A DNA stretch of 64,000 nt from Marsupella aquatica (taxonomy: Eukaryota; Plantae; Marchantiophyta), in contig OZ316897.1 of assembly GCA_973895155.1 (NCBI GenBank), positions 18,863,111 to 18,927,110 on the forward strand, given 5' to 3'. Shown piece after piece: positions 11,203-22,700 of this stretch. The position numbers and the translations under genes are program-made. The first letter of the stretch is position 1. Each line of letters opens with the position of its first letter. The notes under the pieces are model-generated. The model was not told the DNA's origin. It was given only the letters and a program-made list of their open reading frames with translations, and ran no database searches.

Positions 11203-12400
11203 CATGTTATTCCACACTGTGGTTGTATGAACTTGTGGATGATCAGTCCATTTTGGCTTTGATACATCAAAGACTCTGAGTACGTTGCCACGAAGTTCCT
11301 CCAGCCAGTATTGTTTGTTGCCATCAGAATCATCAATATCATTGTCATAAATCTGCATTTCACAGACAATGTCAGATCATAACTCTGGAATTTATGCAGA
11401 GTCCAGGTTTTATACACACAACAACAGAGAGGATCAGATTTGTCTAAATCTACATTCAAAAAAAGTACAATACTCACTTTAATGTGTTTGGGCACCTCTC
11501 CGCAATCCCTTCGTTGTTTGGCAGTATTATCAAACTGCTTCTTAGCATGCCTTCGTTCCCTGCGCATCTCAGAGGCCCCGCCTGCAATGCACACACATGC
11601 ATTCAATCAAAAAATATGTACATGATTGAAAAGTACAGCAAATGCACTTGCATATGCATGACGAGCAGATTGTGTATTACCTGAAGATCCTCTAGAATGT
11701 AGTACATCAGATTGACCTGATCTGCCTTCAGATGCTGATGGAACCACTAAACAAACACACAACACCAAAGCACTTCAATTAATTTCATTTCCAAGTAGAA
11801 TATCAACTTCCAAACACACCTGAAAAGTAGAACAGTACAATCCACTCACTTTCATATAAGAGTCCAGTGTCTGGGTCTTTCCAACATCTCACCAGCCCAC
11901 CTCCACCAGGCCCAGTCTTCTTAGGACCACGATTTTGTTTTTGTACCTACATCATGGACAATGTAAGCATATCAACATATAATTTGAAAAAGGGACAAGG
12001 ATCCCTTCCTATTAGGATGATGAAGTTCAAGCATTACCTGTTGTTCACTCTCTGGTTCTGACCCTCCAATGTCACAATCCTCAGTGTCATACCCAGAAGG
12101 AGAACCATAGCCATCATCACCAGACTCTGCCATGTTCACCTTGGTAACTTCTGATAGTCTAGAGCTCCTCCTCTTTGGCAATGTTTCAGTTGAAGTACCT
12201 TTCACCAAAGCAGGCTTTCCTCTCTCTCGTTGTACATGTGTGGTTGGGCCTCTAAGGAACAATTAAAGAAATCATCAACATACACCAATGCAGATCAAAC
12301 ATACATGCAAAATGAATCTACAACACCGTAACACTAGTACTTATGTACAGGATCCATACTAGTATGAGACCAATCTGGAATATGAAAACAGAAAAGGAAC
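11203..12400 (-). other. Probable short exons of the second (TnpA-like) gene of CACTA-A, interrupted by the gypsy insertion
   Basis: Short open segments bounded by AG/GT (e.g. MAESGDDGYG...EQQ|GT) downstream of the transposase on the same strand; no diagnostic motif. Confidence 0.35.
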
Positions 12401-12680
12401 CTGACAACTCCATCTACTGAATCAAATTTGCAACAGACATATTAACACACACATCAGCTTGCAGTCTGGCCCCAGTCCTAGATCACGCATAATTTTGACA
12501 TTATGCTCTATGTTTAGATTTCGGGCCTCCTCATAAGGATTCACAGAATGTGACAACCCCTGCAATCTTCCTTTCACAGGCTGCATTCACCAACTGCACA
12601 AATGGGTAAACCATTAGTCTGATTTCATATATAGTCCATACATGTAGTCCATCTATGGACTTCACACACCTAAAACCTAT

Positions 12681-15600
12681 TCACTGCTTATGCCTGCCCT
12701 TTCTTGCAGATCCCTCTGCATCTCTGCCTCGTTTGGGACCAGTCAATGGTCCTGGATTTGCTCTAGACCTACAGGCCTTAGCCAATTCGATGTGTAATTT
12801 GGCATTGTTTTCCATTGTAGCATGGAAATCAAAGTCTATGTAATCACCTAACACCCTTGTGGACCTGGATTCTTTGTGGAGGATTGTTCTCCATGCTATC
12901 CCCTTCTCATTGGGGTGGAAGAAAACCTGCTCCACTTGCTTTGGGAAAACGTAATCCATTTTCTTGGACACACCCAGTTCTCTATGGAAATTCACCTGCC
13001 AAAGACCAGACTCGGAATACCTCATACTAGCAGAGGATTTAGGAGTCCATGATGGATCTGCCCATTTCCCTTTGAAAAGAATCACCTCTTTCCTCAAGCT
13101 GCCGTAATTCAGTACCAAGATATCTGTCAAGGCCCCTACATACTGTACAAATTCTTCTATGGTTGCACCAGACCTGTCCACTCGCTTCTCAGTGAATGTA
13201 GAAGCCATCCCAGAATCAAAAGTGCTGAAAGCACCAGAATCACAATCACTCAAACACCCCAAGGATGGAATAGTCCTCCAATGGTGCCCATAGGCTCTGC
13301 ATGCCCTATACAGTCGTGCCTTCAAAATAGGTGGTGTGGAGTATACAGATAGTAATGACCGCTCAGACTCTTTCTCAAAATTATGGGTATTGACTAATGT
13401 TTGAAACCATTCCCTGAAAGGTGGCAATTCTTGGCAGTCAGCGGGAAATTCCACTGGTTTTCTTCGATTGGCAGGCTTCCTCATCCATTCCTTCCGGAAA
13501 TCCACTCTTCGTTGGGTAACAGTCTCATTGGTAGCATCATATATCCTACATGGCAACAACAACACTGAAGACATTAGTGCATGATCCACCATGAATATAC
13601 AAACACAATGGGGCAACATAATTTAGGGTTTATGTACCTGTACCATGGAGCCACTGTCTCTTCATTCTCCAATATATAATGATGCATGGCCATCATTTCA
13701 GACCAATCCAAAGTTATCGCCTTTGCAGCCCCTTCCAAAACAATGCCTGCAATGCCAGCATCCTCCTCCAACTCCCAGGTTTATTTTCCCTCTCCCTTTG
13801 CATCAATCATGTATTTAGAAAGGAATCCCAAAGACTCATCTAATACATAGCCTTCAGCCATAGAAGCCTCTGGACGTGCCTTGTTTCGTACATAACCCTT
13901 CAATACCTTCAGGTTCCTCTCTATTGGGTACATCCATCTGCCTGTAACTGGGCCACACAAGTCTAATTCCTCCACTAGGTGAATCATTAAATGGGTCATG
14001 ACATCAAAGAAGCTTGGTGGAAAATGGATTTCCAAAATGCAGAGAGTGAATGCAACATCCATCATCAAATTCTCATACATTGAAGGGTCCCACACCTTCG
14101 TACAGATCTGGCGATAGATATTGCTCACCCCAGCTATGGCCAAGCGAACCCCTTCATCAAGTAATCCCATTGTTGCCAGAGGGAGAATCTGTTGCATGAG
14201 TTGGTGGAAATCATGTGATTTCAACCCAGAGAGTTTCTTGGATTTTGTAACACACTTCGCCAAAGAACTTGAAAAACCAGTGGGCCCTTTCAAGGTCAAT
14301 AACACCTCCAAGAACCTTGTTCTTTCCTTCTTGCTCAGGCAATATGGGGCTGGGGGCATCAACAATTTGTCATCGTTACGCTTGGGAGCTGGATTGGGTA
14401 CAAGCCATAGGTGTTGGTGCACTTGTAAGAGCTTCATGTCTTCTCTCACAGAAGGAGTGTCCTTGGTCCCAATGATAGTGTGCACAATGTTGTGTGCAAG
14501 ATTCTTCTCACAGTGCATGGGATCTAGACAATGGTTAATGAGTAGTTTCTGCAGTGGACACACAATTCAGAAATTAGGGCATTGAATACAACTTTTGGCA
14601 TCACTGGACAGTAGTTTGTGCAGTAGACACAATTCAGAAATTAGTGCATTGAATACAACTATTACAAAATCTGGGCTATAGGAAGTATATGAAGAGAATA
14701 TATTTCAAAATCATATGAAGAGATTGCAGAAATTCATTGTAGTAGTATGGAGTCTTACATTCCAATAGGGCAACTTGTACAGACCAGTAGCCCTCTTCAC
14801 TCCATGCACCTTTATGGGGCATTTCTCATCCTCAACCTTGGTTCCTCCCTTCTTCAAATATTCTGTTGTCTCGTCTCCCCACTTCTTTCTATCAGAGCTT
14901 GTCATTCTACACGGTGCAGGTCGACTCTCAATTGCACCATCAAAGTATTGTGCATTGTCTGGTCTACGAAAAAGATGCCTTGCTGCTAACCATCAACGGT
15001 GGCCACTGTACTCTAATTTCTGCAAGTGCTTAGAACCACGTGCCACACATTTTGGCCCACAGATGACACATCCTTTGTATCCAGAGTGTTGTTGTCCAGA
15101 TATTAAACCATATGCAGGGTAATCATTGATTGTCCACAATAGCACAGCCCTAAGGTTGAAGTGTTGAGACAATCCTGGGCGTGGCAATTTGTCAAAGCAG
15201 GGCACTCCTTTCTTCCACAACAGCTCCAGCTCCTCATAGAATGGGCCCAATATTATGTCCAGCTGTTCCTCTGTTACTGAATCAGGTCCTGGAATCAGCA
15301 TAGCTAGCATGACAAAGAACTTCTTGGTGGTAAGCCAAGGAGGTAAGTTGTAATTCAACAATAGTATTGGCCAGGTAGACCAAGCTGTGGAATTATTCCC
15401 AAAGGGATTCACCCCATCAAGTGCCACCCAAATTGCACATTCCTTGGTTCAGCTGCAAATTTCCGATCAATATTTGTATCCACATGCTTCCAAGCCTTTG
15501 AATCTGCTGCGTGCCGAACCATGTTGTCTGAGCTTCTATTCTCATGATGCCAAGTCATGAGTTTAGATGTACCAGCAGTGGCATACAATCTCTTCAACCT

Positions 15601-16641
15601 AGGAATTATAGGGAAATACCGCACCACCTTCCTTGCCTGTAATGAATTCCCCACTCTCTTCATCTTGGGCTGCTGACACACTGAACAGTTTTCTAACTTG
15701 GAATTCTCACCCCTAAAGAGCATGCAACCTTTCTCACAGATAGGGATTCTCTCATAATCCAAGCCAAGCTTTCTCAATAGCTGCTTTGCAGCATATAAGT
15801 TCTTGGGCAGATTATGCTCTGCAGGCATACCATGCTCCCCCATCAAAGACAACAATGCATTCACTCCTTTGTTTGAGAATCCATGGCCATGACAGATGTT
15901 CAGCAGAAGCAACATGAATGACACAACATCTATTTTGCTGCCTGGGAACAAAGGTTGCATTGCTGCATCTAAAGATAACTGTGTAGGATCAGTCTCCACA
16001 GGAGTTTCAGAGGTTTCAAGGGGGTTTACAGGATGGGCACCTTCTTCACTCTCATCATCCCCAAGTACAAAATCCAAGTCAAAACGGTCCTGATCATCTA
16101 GTTCATGTTCAGGGGATTCTTCACTGGTTCTCAGCAACGTTTCTTCTAGTAGAGCCCTAATATGTTCTTCGACATCTATAGTTGGATGTTCTTGAACATC
16201 CATAGTTGGATACTCTGGAACATCCACAGTTGGATACTCTGGAACGTCTACAAATAAATGTTCTTCAACATCTACAGTTGGTTGTTGTGCACAGGTTGCC
16301 TGCTGAAGGTTTGCTACCCTCAATGCCTCAGGGCCATGTTGTGACATGTAGTCAGCACCCCACTCTTCATCAAAAGAGTCTTGTCCCTCTCCCACCCACA
16401 CTCGACATGCAGGGTACCGACCATGTTTAATAAGGTGCAGTCTAGCAGTATTCCGATTAGTCCTATAATTCCCTTTGCAGTTCACACAAGGGTAGTACAT
16501 CTTATGGTCCCCACTCTTGTGGCAGGCCTTCTGTTCTCGAACCCACAAAGCATCATCACGATGTTGTACTCTAGCTGGATGGAAGAGCGGCAACTTTGGA
16601 GTTCTACCCACACCTAACATATTCTGTGGCAATTGTGCCAT
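12681..16641 (-). pseudogene. CACTA/En-Spm transposase (TnpD/Tnp2), element A; spliced, with frameshifts and a stop
   Basis: N-terminal YPCVNC...HLIKHG motif; RYFPIIPRLKRLY; DGVNPF...STWPILLLNYNLPPW; NDYPAYG; DPMHCEKN; GLKSHDFH; WMYPIERNLKVLKGYVRNKARPEASMAEGY; C-terminal DUF4216-like region. Confidence 0.92.
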
Positions 16642-17225
16642 GCTAGCTTGATTGAAATTGTATTCAAACTATGATTTTCAAACTGAATCAGTGTGACATG
16701 CATACAAAATTGGGCCTACCGTCACAGTTGTACAACCGATGCCAACCACAGTCCAATTGCTCAAACCCACAGAGCCCAGATTCTCAAATCCACTGTAGTG
16801 GGGCACCTTCTCCTTCTTGCATACAAATAGAGCATCACATACAGTGTCATCAGAATGATACTATGAACGTAAATCTCTGTGCCTTCATCATTTCCAGTAT
16901 TTGTTTGCCTATTAGGAATGTGAGCAGACAGGTCTAGAATAAGTAACGTTTGTGACATCAGTGACAAATTTACAAGTGAAGTTTAGACATCACACTCAAA
17001 GCACATGCATGAAAATCAGAATCCTACCCTGGAAAAGATAGTAAAGTTGATTTCTCAAAATTAATTGCCTCAATCCGCAATGCACTGTCGTAGAGTGTGT
17101 ATACATGAGGAGTTCATCAAACTGCATATAAATACTCCACATGTTTTAGCACTCTGAAAATTGTTTAAGTCCACGTGAAACCATCAAAAAGCTCTATCTC
17201 AAGTTTGTGTTCCATCCAGCCTCAA

Positions 17226-17885
17226 TCAAATCCAAGATATGTGGCTCCTAGCAGGAGTGCCTAGTGTAGGGTCAATGTCATGGTCAGGACAGTAAAACAT
17301 CCCCTTCTTGGGCTGCCCATGCGCTGAGTGATCCCAAATTGTTCGATCATGGGCAAATCCCCTCTGCTGGATAAACAACAGGCAGTCCTTGTGCCATGCC
17401 TTAGGACACCTCATGCACTGAACCAAAAAGCCATTAGCCCCATCATTGGGCCCCTGTCCACAAGTAAGACAAATATGGAGTCCACATGATGCTGTGCCAG
17501 GAACCAAACACTGCCGACAGTAAAACTGGGCACAGAGAGGGTCTGGACATTTTCTTACCTCTTCACCAATTTTTCCAGACACATGGCACTTAAAGCAAGA
17601 ATGTTCATCATTCTTGCAATCAACACAAAGCCATTCTCCAACATGGCCATCAGCCAGGGATATAGTTGGGCATAGCCATTGCTGACCCAAAGGACAGGAA
17701 ACATTCTTATGGAAATGTCGGTGGCAAGGCCCATCACAAACAATGAGATCCCCTCCCTCATCACAAATTGCACATACATGTGGACTATTTTGGTTAATCT
17801 CAATGTCTGAATATAAGGCCAATTGAGGTGCTTGAGAGGATTCACCTCTGCAACGATTCATGGCCTTCTGCTTATTGCGAGCCAT
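17226..17885 (-). CDS. EDM2-like composite PHD-finger protein (219 aa) with histone-H3-like N-terminus; transposon cargo
   Basis: VCAICDEGGDLIVCDGPCHRHFH...C..C...H.CFKC...KC...C..FY...CGLHIC..C...CMRCPKAWHKDCL...YCPDHDIDPTLGTPARSHI follows the EDM2 PHD module, including its C-terminal YCxxHxIDxxLxTPxRxH motif. ATG at 17885 is in an ACCATGG context and gives MARNKQKA. Intact and intronless. Confidence 0.85.
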   Translation of the reverse strand: MARNKQKAMNRCRGESSQAPQLALYSDIEINQNSPHVCAICDEGGDLIVCDGPCHRHFHKNVSCPLGQQWLCPTISLADGHVGEWLCVDCKNDEHSCFKCHVSGKIGEEVRKCPDPLCAQFYCRQCLVPGTASCGLHICLTCGQGPNDGANGFLVQCMRCPKAWHKDCLLFIQQRGFAHDRTIWDHSAHGQPKKGMFYCPDHDIDPTLGTPARSHISWI

Positions 17886-18506
17886 GGTCCTGCACACTCA
17901 GACCCTACATCAAATTGTGAAACAAGAAGGAATAACAGGGTGCAACATGACACAAAAGAATGAGGGTGCAGCATAAAATATGACATGTAACCACAAGCAC
18001 AACTACATTTCACTACGTCGTGACTTCCTTTCGCGTCATGTGACACGACGTTACACCCCAGTACATCTCCCTCTACGTCGTAACCCAAAATGGGTTTACC
18101 CATTTGACTTTCCTTCCCATTTTACGTCGTCTAGAGGGTCTTTAATTTAACGTATCTCCCAATAGGGCTATTTACGTCTTTTATAACGAGGCAAACATGT
18201 AGACGTCGTCCCAGACGGTGTAGCAGAATAGGGTTGGGTCGACGTATAGATGTACGTCGTTTCAGACGTGGCTATAACAGATACTATGATATGACGACGT
18301 ATAATGGATGTTGGGCGATGTTAGACATATATGACCAATGTGGGAAACAACGTTAATGGAATCCAATTGGCATGCGTAAGGTTTTTTGCGGGAGTTTTTG
18401 GGGCAAGGCTACTGGGACCTCACTGCACAGGTCATTCGTGATTTCAGATGTCCTACGGGTACGATAGTGCACAGAATTTGCAGAGTGAGATTGAAAGTCT
18501 TCAGCT

Positions 18507-19067
18507 ATGGTACGTAAGATATTCAAGGATGTCCACTGTTGTTTTCTTCCGCTAGGTGAAGAAGACAAGACTGTTCATGGCTTTTTTTGTCGTGGAGGTG
18601 TGATAGACAAGTTTTGTAACTCAAAGACGGAATACTTGCTTGCCAATACCTGGAAACAAGTCACAGAGCACTTCAGTGACTATCCTGGATTGATCGAGCA
18701 CTTTGCAGAGTCCGTGCATTTCATCTCGATTTGTTGGGTACAGTACTCCATTCTGGGCAATAAGGAGTTGGACCCAGAAGAGTTTTTGCTGCATCCAGGG
18801 GATGATTTGATGCTGGACGATACGCCCAAGGATGATGATGGTGAGGCTTGTCCACCAAAGTTGGCTAAATGTCAGTTGTCACCGACTAAACTTGATATTG
18901 TGATGTATGACTACAAGGAAAGCTGTGCAGCTGAGATTGAGGCTGAAAGGCTGAAGGTTGGTGAAGCAGTGGTCCGCAAGAAATGGAACGCCAGCAATAG
19001 GCGTGATTTGTACAAAAAGAGGAAGGCAGATGAGGAGTACTACTGGTCTGGTGAAGGGACCCCTTAA
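18507..19067 (+). CDS. Unknown cargo ORF of element B (186 aa), convergent with the transposase
   Basis: Open frame with protein-like composition, flanked on both sides by ACGT-motif arrays; no recognisable domain. Confidence 0.5.
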   Translation: MVRKIFKDVHCCFLPLGEEDKTVHGFFCRGGVIDKFCNSKTEYLLANTWKQVTEHFSDYPGLIEHFAESVHFISICWVQYSILGNKELDPEEFLLHPGDDLMLDDTPKDDDGEACPPKLAKCQLSPTKLDIVMYDYKESCAAEIEAERLKVGEAVVRKKWNASNRRDLYKKRKADEEYYWSGEGTP

Positions 19068-19703
19068 GCTACACTAGTGCCAAGGTCAGCTGGAGACGGA
19101 GGAGCATCATTTGCCTAGGATTGGAATCAGTTTAGACTGGAGTCAGACTCATGCCTTATGTGCACGTTGTATGTTTCTGAGCGCATGAATAAAAAGTCCC
19201 TCCCAGGCAATTTATATTTGTAATGTGTTTTGTGAGTAACGTCGATTGAAACTTTGAACGTCATCAGAAGAATGGTTAAATAAACGTTTACGTCGTTTAA
19301 GACACGGTAACACAATCAACGTCGTCTAATACGAGGTAAACCAAGGACGTACTATGTATACGTCGTTTGTACAACGTATCTACGACGTAACTATAGATTA
19401 ACGTCTTCATTATGGGTATAAGCGACCTTTGATTGTCTAATGACGTTGAGGTTGACGTTAATAAGTTCGAAGTGTCAATTGGCCTACGTGATAAGGGTTT
19501 ACGTGCTAGGACCCATTGAAGGTTGTTCGAAGGCCGAGGTTTAATGCTTTTTAATGTGTTCTTAGCTATAAAGTGAGGAAAGACGAAACTTTGCACAACT
19601 CTCCCTCCAATTTGCCAGATCTCAAACGTCGAAACATATGTCAATATATATGTGGAAGGTGGGCATAGCCAATACATATAAATGGAGGGTGTGAAGGATA
19701 GTG

Positions 19704-22700
19704 TCAGTCCGCATCGTCTGCAAGGACTGATGCCATGAAGCCCTTCCTTCGCCGAGGGAAAATTGGTATGACAATGGACCATCCTCTCATGGTCTGCATC
19801 GGAACCATAATGCACTGATCCACCTGGCTAGGAAAAACTATGGTGTCACTAAACTCAGTCCCTGTGGGTGCAACTCGGGTTGTGTCCACGCGATAAAAAC
19901 CACACTCATCCGCAACCATCGTAGCTCTCGCTGGGGGTGACATGATCGACTTGTGCCACCTCACCTCTAGTACAGTGGTGACAAATGACCCAAAATGAAC
20001 ATCTAAAATGTCCACAACTGTCCCACAATAAGGAACCTCTACATCATCTACATCAGTCATCATGAAGATTCCAGAGTTACAAGTACTCTTCTTCATATGG
20101 TCTGTCCTCCAAGTCCGAAAGTGATGCCCTGACTCATACATGTGTGTATGAGTCGTGGCCCGCATCCCTGGCCCTCTAATGATGTTTTGTACATCAATGG
20201 GAATGGATGTAGACCCATGCACAGCCAAGAGCCTCTCCATGCGCTCCAAAGCCCAGACATGAAATGATGCAATGCCACGACCTGCTTGCGCAACTCCCAC
20301 TTGAAGCTCCAACCATGCACTGCCAAATACGTTGTCACAAGATTGTTAGAGATTTGCAGCCTTCTCAAATCCAATTCACAATCGATTAAAATTTTAGAGT
20401 ACCATACCTATACATCTCCCTCCAATCAGACATCTCCGGTCGATTCCCCAACACATAATTATGGATCTGTCGACGAAATATGTCATCATCCAATGATCGC
20501 TTCTTGGCCGCACCCATCAATCGCAGCCCACCATTGTCATCATCTTGTGCCTCTTCCCAAGTTGTGGGAGCTTTGCTATCCAAACTCCCTATCACCCCCC
20601 GAAATAGAAAAGACACTCTGACATAATGAACCCTGTTGCCATACGTCCCTCAGGTCGAGCGGGTTGACGCACCCAACCCTTGAGCACCTTCATATATCGC
20701 TCAACCCAATACATCCATCGGGCATGGACTGGGCCTGCAATGGCAACTTCATCCACCAGGTGACATAGCAAATGCATTTGCATGTCAAACAGTGCTGGGG
20801 GGAACACTCGCTCCAAATTGCACATCACTTGCGCTGTCCTCTCCCTCATCAAAGGAATCTCTGACTCCTTGATCTCCTTGGCACATACCCACCTATGAGG
20901 CACTCAAAAACATGACAGGAATAAATATCACCGCCCAATCTGAAAGTGGGCTAAGATGGTTACCAATTCAATGCCTACTAACATTCCCTCTACTAAGATT
21001 CCTACAAACGTCGCTCTGCAGGACGTTCCTGAAGAGGGGTGACTTATACGACCTTGAATACGTCGTATGTGGAGTCTTATTTTTACATTACCTAGTTATA
21101 GATGACGTAAAGTATTAAGAGACTACGTATCCTCTCTAGAATGTCGTTTGAGACACCATAAATTTATGGTCCCATAACACCACAAAATCCACGAGTAAGA
21201 TATTTCCAACCTGAAAATGGAGCACAACTCGTACACTGTGAGTTGGAGTAGGTGGCGCTCTCTAGAATCATCGCAACAATGCAACACTGCAGGGAGCACA
21301 TGCTGTATCAGCTTGTGATAATCGTGGGACTTCAACCCTATCGGGGGGATGTACTCATTCCTCGTTGTGCACCCACGGAATCCAGCTCTGTAATGGCTCG
21401 GGAACTTCATCTCACAAATCATCCCATTCACATCCTTCAGAATGTCTCGAGGCAAAATCCAAGGGGCTGGTGGTGTCACCCCAGTACGTGCTGTCCAATA
21501 ATTAAAGAGAATCAACTTGTTAGGGTTTGGGGTTTCAGGCAAATCCGGGCAACTTCTTACAAATTAAGGGTTGATCGATGTTTTATCATGTACCTGATAT
21601 CCAACAGCTCTTCACAACTCCTACATTCTTTGCATCCACACGAACTCCACGAGTATCATTCTCACCATACATGTGCTTCACCAAATTCTTTGCGACATTC
21701 ACTTCAATGTGCATGGGGTCCAGTAGCCACCGGATCTTGAGCATCTGCTTGCACAACATGGTAATCAAGTGAAAAACTCTAGCATTATGAGAGTTGATGA
21801 AAAAATCTATACACAACATTTGATAGGTGTATTGTACCTACCCTCCAATAAGGCAAGTCCCACAATGCTGAGCGTCAGTTTACTCCACAATCTTTGGGTT
21901 TCAGCAGCTTAGCCTCCACCATCTCTGCCATTTGAATTTGAGCTTCTGCTGAAGGCGCATTAGGACATGGTCTTAACTCAATCTGTGCCCAATGTCTTGT
22001 GTTACATCGCATGGGGTCATCCATTGACAATCTCATCCTGCTGCCCTCATATGTGGTTTTGTGCAATAGTACTGAGTACCTCCCATGCAACTCAGGGCCA
22101 CATGAAGGGCAACCTGAGTACCCAGCCACCTTCAAGCCTGATATTGTGCCCATGCCTGCCAAAGAAACCCCATCATATTCCCACAATAAAAGAAGCCAAA
22201 TGAAGACATAAAGTCATTTAGCACAATATAATCACATTTTGTAAGGTTTTTGAATTACCGGGCCCATCAGTGGTGCAATGGGTGATCATGACTCTCATGT
22301 TGAATGTCCTCCCATTGTCCGGTGCACGGGTGACATCTGTTGTTGGAGCCCCAATTTCCCACAAGTCATGTAGCTCTTCATAAGCTGGGGCCAAGCAAAC
22401 ATCTGGATTCTTGCAAGCCTCGGGACCGGGAATGATAGCTAGGAGGAGAACATGACCTTTTTTCATCGCCAACCATGGAGGGATGTTCTGATTTATCAAA
22501 AGAACTGGCCAAATGGACTTTGGTTTCCGTCGCTGCTTGTATGGGTTTACCCCATCTATGGCCAACCCCAACCAAACATTCCGTGGCTCTGCAGCAAAAT
22601 CTGGCCATGTGGCATCAATGTGCTTCCATGCTGGACTATCTTGGTGATACCGCATTATCCCTGTTGGGGATTTGGTCTCGGCATGCCAAGTCTGTAGGGA

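Noticed and set aside
16180-16285. 24-bp coding repeats (PTVDVPEY) in transposase A and AEAVGV repeats at ~7610-7710
   Set aside because: Ordinary linker expansions.
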